From contig JBBDTI010000061.1 in assembly GCA_040904565.1 (NCBI GenBank), positions 42,477-106,476 of the forward strand: a DNA stretch of 64,000 nt, written 5' to 3'. Each line of letters starts with the position of its first letter. Position 1 is the stretch's first letter. Positions 60,760 to 64,000 of the stretch are shown piece by piece. This stretch comes from Rhodothermales bacterium (GTDB lineage: Bacteria; Bacteroidota; Rhodothermia; Rhodothermales; VXPQ01). The position numbers and the translations under genes were made by a program. Below the pieces are notes generated by a model, which was not told the DNA's origin, ran no database searches, and worked only from the letters and a program-made list of their open reading frames with translations.

Positions 60760-62868
60760 TCACTTCGCCGGCTCGAAATGGAGCAACTCGGTTGCGCCAG
60801 CAGCGGCGTATACATCCTCTAGCCACGTACGGAAGGGACCCGGCGGCAGGCCCCGCACTTCGAGCCGCGCCGGCACGGTCAGTACGACCGCGGTGCGTAC
60901 GTCCCCGGCACGGCGCACACCCGGCACGAAAAGGGCATCCAGAAACTCAGTGTCAGAGGCATCAATGGACGTGTCGTCGAGGTCGCCGAACGAAAATTCG
61001 AATTCTCTTCCACTCAGGTCAATCACGGTCCGCCCGACGTCATCGACCAGCCCCCGCGCGAGCAGTGTCCACATGCCGGCCTCGCCCATTCCGACGAGGT
61101 CAACGGCGTCGATGTCTAACCGCGCCCGGATGCCTTCGACGGTCTGCCGAATCGCATCGACCCGGCGCGCTGGCGTCGTGGCGTTGTAGGTGGCCCAGTG
61201 GGCGATCTCGGTCGGCACGGAATAGGGTTCGGGCTGGGGCGTGACGACGAACGCCGCCGTACCGGCCGCCATCGAGTCCTGGGCCGCGAGCAAGGCCGCG
61301 TCGCGGTCCGCCGCGGCAGCTGCGATCACGACGGCGCGGCCGGCGCCTGTGCGATCGACCGGCAGGAATTCAGCGACGGAGCGGCTGGAGACGCTGCGTC
61401 CCATTTCGAACGCGTGGCCGTAGGCGTCGCCGAACTTTTTCCGATACTTCAGAATGCCAACCCAATCCATGGGCTTCGCGGCCTCAATCTCGTCCACGGC
61501 GCGCCGGCGCCAGCCTGCAAACAGTTCGTCGACGGATGGGGCCGATGGCGGCAGTTCAAGATGCGAATCGACCACCTCGACGTCCGAGATGGACGGCTCA
61601 AGCGGCACTGCCGTGGCCGGCGGCACGCCATTCCGATCGAGCGCGCCCGGATCCAGCAGCCAACGCGCGAACCAGTCGTATACCGCAGCCCGGCTGTCGG
61701 CGTTGTAGTTGTGGGGATAGTCCAGATGCACGTTGTGCACGCGGTCGCCCGCACTGAAGAGACCGTAAATCGACCGCATCGCCGGGTACTCCTCCTTCTG
61801 CGTGGCGGTGGTCCAGTCGCCGCTCGTTGACACCATGAGAAGGGGACGCGGCGCGGTGAGTCCGCCGAACTCCACATTATTCGCGTCCAGACGAAGTAGC
61901 GGGGCATTCTCACAGACGCAGCCGCCCTGCATCCGCAGGGAGATCATGTTGACCGGCGCGGCCACCCTGATGCGGTCGTCTACGGCCGTCAACAGGAACG
62001 TCTGCGTGCCGCCGCCCGACGCCCCCGTCATCCCGATGCGCCCGGCATCCACCCCCTCCAGCTCACTCAGAAAATCCAGCGCGCGCAGGCTGTTCCAGAG
62101 CTGGAGGCCCGTCGCACCGAAGCCCCAGAGTGCATGGCGTTCGTCGTAGAACCGATGCGGCAGCTGGTCTTCTCCTTCGTTGTATCCGATCATGGAATAC
62201 GACAGGACTACGAAGCCCATCCGCGCGAAGTGGGCGCCGCGGGCCGGTACGGATCCGAGGTCCCGGTGTTCGAAGCGGCCGTGCTCCCAATGACCGTGTG
62301 GAGAGAGCACGGCGGGATACCTGCGAGCCTCCTCCGCCGATGACGCGGAAACAGCCGACGAGGGAGAGGCATCAGAACCGGTGGAAGCACTACCGGCCAC
62401 CGGCGCCCCCTCCGGACGATAGACGGTCCCGAAGAGATAGAACCCGGGCAGGGTTTCCAGCCGGACGTGCTGCACGGTGTAGCCGACCATCTCTACTGGC
62501 GGGCTCCACTGCGGCGACAGCGGCGTCCGCTGAGGCCGCGGCGACAGCCCCGTACTGACCCAAATGTGGGTCCGCAGGGAATCGGCCCGCCCCAGCCACT
62601 CGGCCATGCTCACGTACGTGCGCGGTGTCCGGCGTTCATCCAGGTGGAAAACGGCGTCGGCGCTCGGCTCGACGACGGCTGGTGGGCCGTCCTGCGCCCA
62701 CGCGTAGCCCGCGGCAAGTAGGCCGGCAGCGACGAGACCGGAGATGAGCAGACCGGTAAAGAAGAAACTGGCGAGTATCTGCGCAATCAACCCGGCGGCG
62801 CGGGACGACGTACGCGACGAGGTGTCTGGCGACGTGCGTGACGCGGCGCGGTAAGGCGTGAAGGGCAT
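60760..62868 (-). CDS. secreted acetylxylan esterase-like alpha/beta hydrolase
   Basis: LETLPGFYL, PAVLSPHGHW, GASGGGTQT nucleophile, QGGCVCEN, HNYN. Confidence 0.85.
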   Translation of the reverse strand: MPFTPYRAASRTSPDTSSRTSSRAAGLIAQILASFFFTGLLISGLVAAGLLAAGYAWAQDGPPAVVEPSADAVFHLDERRTPRTYVSMAEWLGRADSLRTHIWVSTGLSPRPQRTPLSPQWSPPVEMVGYTVQHVRLETLPGFYLFGTVYRPEGAPVAGSASTGSDASPSSAVSASSAEEARRYPAVLSPHGHWEHGRFEHRDLGSVPARGAHFARMGFVVLSYSMIGYNEGEDQLPHRFYDERHALWGFGATGLQLWNSLRALDFLSELEGVDAGRIGMTGASGGGTQTFLLTAVDDRIRVAAPVNMISLRMQGGCVCENAPLLRLDANNVEFGGLTAPRPLLMVSTSGDWTTATQKEEYPAMRSIYGLFSAGDRVHNVHLDYPHNYNADSRAAVYDWFARWLLDPGALDRNGVPPATAVPLEPSISDVEVVDSHLELPPSAPSVDELFAGWRRRAVDEIEAAKPMDWVGILKYRKKFGDAYGHAFEMGRSVSSRSVAEFLPVDRTGAGRAVVIAAAAADRDAALLAAQDSMAAGTAAFVVTPQPEPYSVPTEIAHWATYNATTPARRVDAIRQTVEGIRARLDIDAVDLVGMGEAGMWTLLARGLVDDVGRTVIDLSGREFEFSFGDLDDTSIDASDTEFLDALFVPGVRRAGDVRTAVVLTVPARLEVRGLPPGPFRTWLEDVYAAAGATELLHFEPAK

Positions 62869-63010
62869 GGTTTTCAGTGTTTCTGATGGAAAGAAAGGGG
62901 GCATAGCCGCGCCGGAGCGCCACACTGCAGCACGAGGAAACCCACAGGCCGGTCAGCGAGTGCCCGCAGGCTGGTCGCCTTCAGCGAATCGTTGGGCAGC
63001 ACACCAGCTG

Positions 63011-63475
63011 TTAGGGACAGCTCACCCGCGCATACCGGAAGTCGATCCCTCCTGTCTGGCCAGAGCGGATTCCCTCTACGCGGGCGATCAGCGAATCCGC
63101 TCCCGCCCGCTGATACCGTATCCGCTGTGGGAAATCGTGCTCCGGATTGGAGAAGACCACGGCGCCCACGCCCACCTGGTCTGCGACGAATTCTACCGCT
63201 GCTTGTCCTGAGGGCTGCGCGATAAAGACGAGCTGTCCCTCTCGATCAATGATGCGCATCAGCTCAGACGCAACGGTCTTGTCTCCACGGATAGTACGGT
63301 TCATCCCGAGCATGGAGCCACCGCGCGGTCGCAGCCACATCTCTTCGACGCTCCTCTCGGCTGAGGCTGCCTGCCAGCAGCCAGCCATCCAACTCAGCTG
63401 CTCCAGAGGATCCGGTCGATGCGTTGGGTCGGCACCGAGAGCCATAGAGAGGAAAAGGGGGATGAGAATGCGCAT
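63011..63475 (-). CDS. conserved secreted protein (DUF6265-like)
   Basis: LSWMAGCW, EEMW..PRGGSMLG, FSNPEHDFPQRIRY. Confidence 0.8.
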   Translation of the reverse strand: MRILIPLFLSMALGADPTHRPDPLEQLSWMAGCWQAASAERSVEEMWLRPRGGSMLGMNRTIRGDKTVASELMRIIDREGQLVFIAQPSGQAAVEFVADQVGVGAVVFSNPEHDFPQRIRYQRAGADSLIARVEGIRSGQTGGIDFRYARVSCP

Positions 63476-63589
63476 GAGATCGTACGTAAGAAATCGTTGT
63501 CGTTGACCCAGGCATCCTGCTGCCATGTATCTGCACCCATCTGAGGCTACGCCCGAGTAGATGGACGGCAAGAGCCCTGACGGGACGCG

Positions 63590-63655
63590 AGCTAACGGCC
63601 TGGCCATCACCTGCGGGCCGCGCAGCCGACCGTCAGGCGCATGACCATGATAGGC
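63590..63655 (-). mobile_element. integron attC site (short, R'' degenerate)
   Basis: Minus strand GCCTATC ATGGTCATGCGCCTGACGGTCGG..CCCGCAGGTGATGGCCAGGCC GTTAGCT. Confidence 0.7.
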
Positions 63656-63685
63656 CGCCTATGAGAATCGGTTTCGAACTGAAAG

Positions 63686-64000
63686 CTATGCTTGGTATGG
63701 CTTCGCGATCTCAACAACATAGTCGATCGCCTCTTTAAGTACCTCAAGCAACTGCCGACCCTTAAAGCGGTCCTCCAAAAGACCAAATCGAATCGAAAAC
63801 CCTATCGTGCCCTCCGGCCCGGCACTCGGCGTGTCTGTCTCGATAGATATCACCCAGTCCTCCTTTTCAAGAGGTTGGTCGTTAACTGAGACCTTCACGG
63901 TACCTTCCGGAAGGTCTGTTAGCTCGGCCTCAGTACCAACTACTGAGAATACGGACATGTGAAGATGCCGATGCTTGTCGACGTTGTTCAAATAGTTAAT
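63686..64000 (-). CDS. hypothetical protein, runs off the window end (probable cassette gene)
   Basis: Frame open to the window edge; LNNVDKHR motif; stop 30 nt before an attC. Confidence 0.55.
   Translation of the reverse strand: MNYLNNVDKHRHLHMSVFSVVGTEAELTDLPEGTVKVSVNDQPLEKEDWVISIETDTPSAGPEGTIGFSIRFGLLEDRFKGRQLLEVLKEAIDYVVEIAKPYQA

Overview
GC-rich bacterial accessory region. The hybrid two-component sensor, ThuA-domain proteins and polysaccharide-lyase remnants suggest a Rhodothermota/Bacteroidota- or Gemmatimonadota-like host (inference only). Nearly all real genes lie on the minus strand. I found no rRNA, tRNA or CRISPR array. The main feature is an intact ~14 kb biosynthetic cluster (41328-55183). 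It has two small NHLP-clan-like precursor candidates sharing a helical leader motif and ending in acidic, Tyr-containing tails (..DLQADDGGYE, ..DLSDTAAYAS). These are followed by four radical SAM enzymes (one HxsC-like, two paralogous YydG/twitch-like, one B12-binding), two paralogous GT-B-like (DUF6365-like) proteins, a sugar nucleotidyltransferase, GT2 and GT1 glycosyltransferases, two methyltransferases and a Rieske oxygenase. Together this is a candidate glycosylated, multiply radical-SAM-modified RiPP or RiPP-derived metabolite pathway. The cluster sits in a decaying mosaic: at least six integron attC sites with no integrase in the window, a cassette present twice, an IS256 remnant, resistance-type genes (B3 metallo-beta-lactamase, APH(6)-like kinase, drug ABC exporter, YnfA), a mobile-mystery-protein module preceded by four regularly spaced palindromic operators, and many pseudogenes, several with internal deletions at short microhomologies. 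The left ~19 kb carries sugar-catabolic and hydrolase genes. All family assignments come from motif recognition by eye and were not confirmed by database search.
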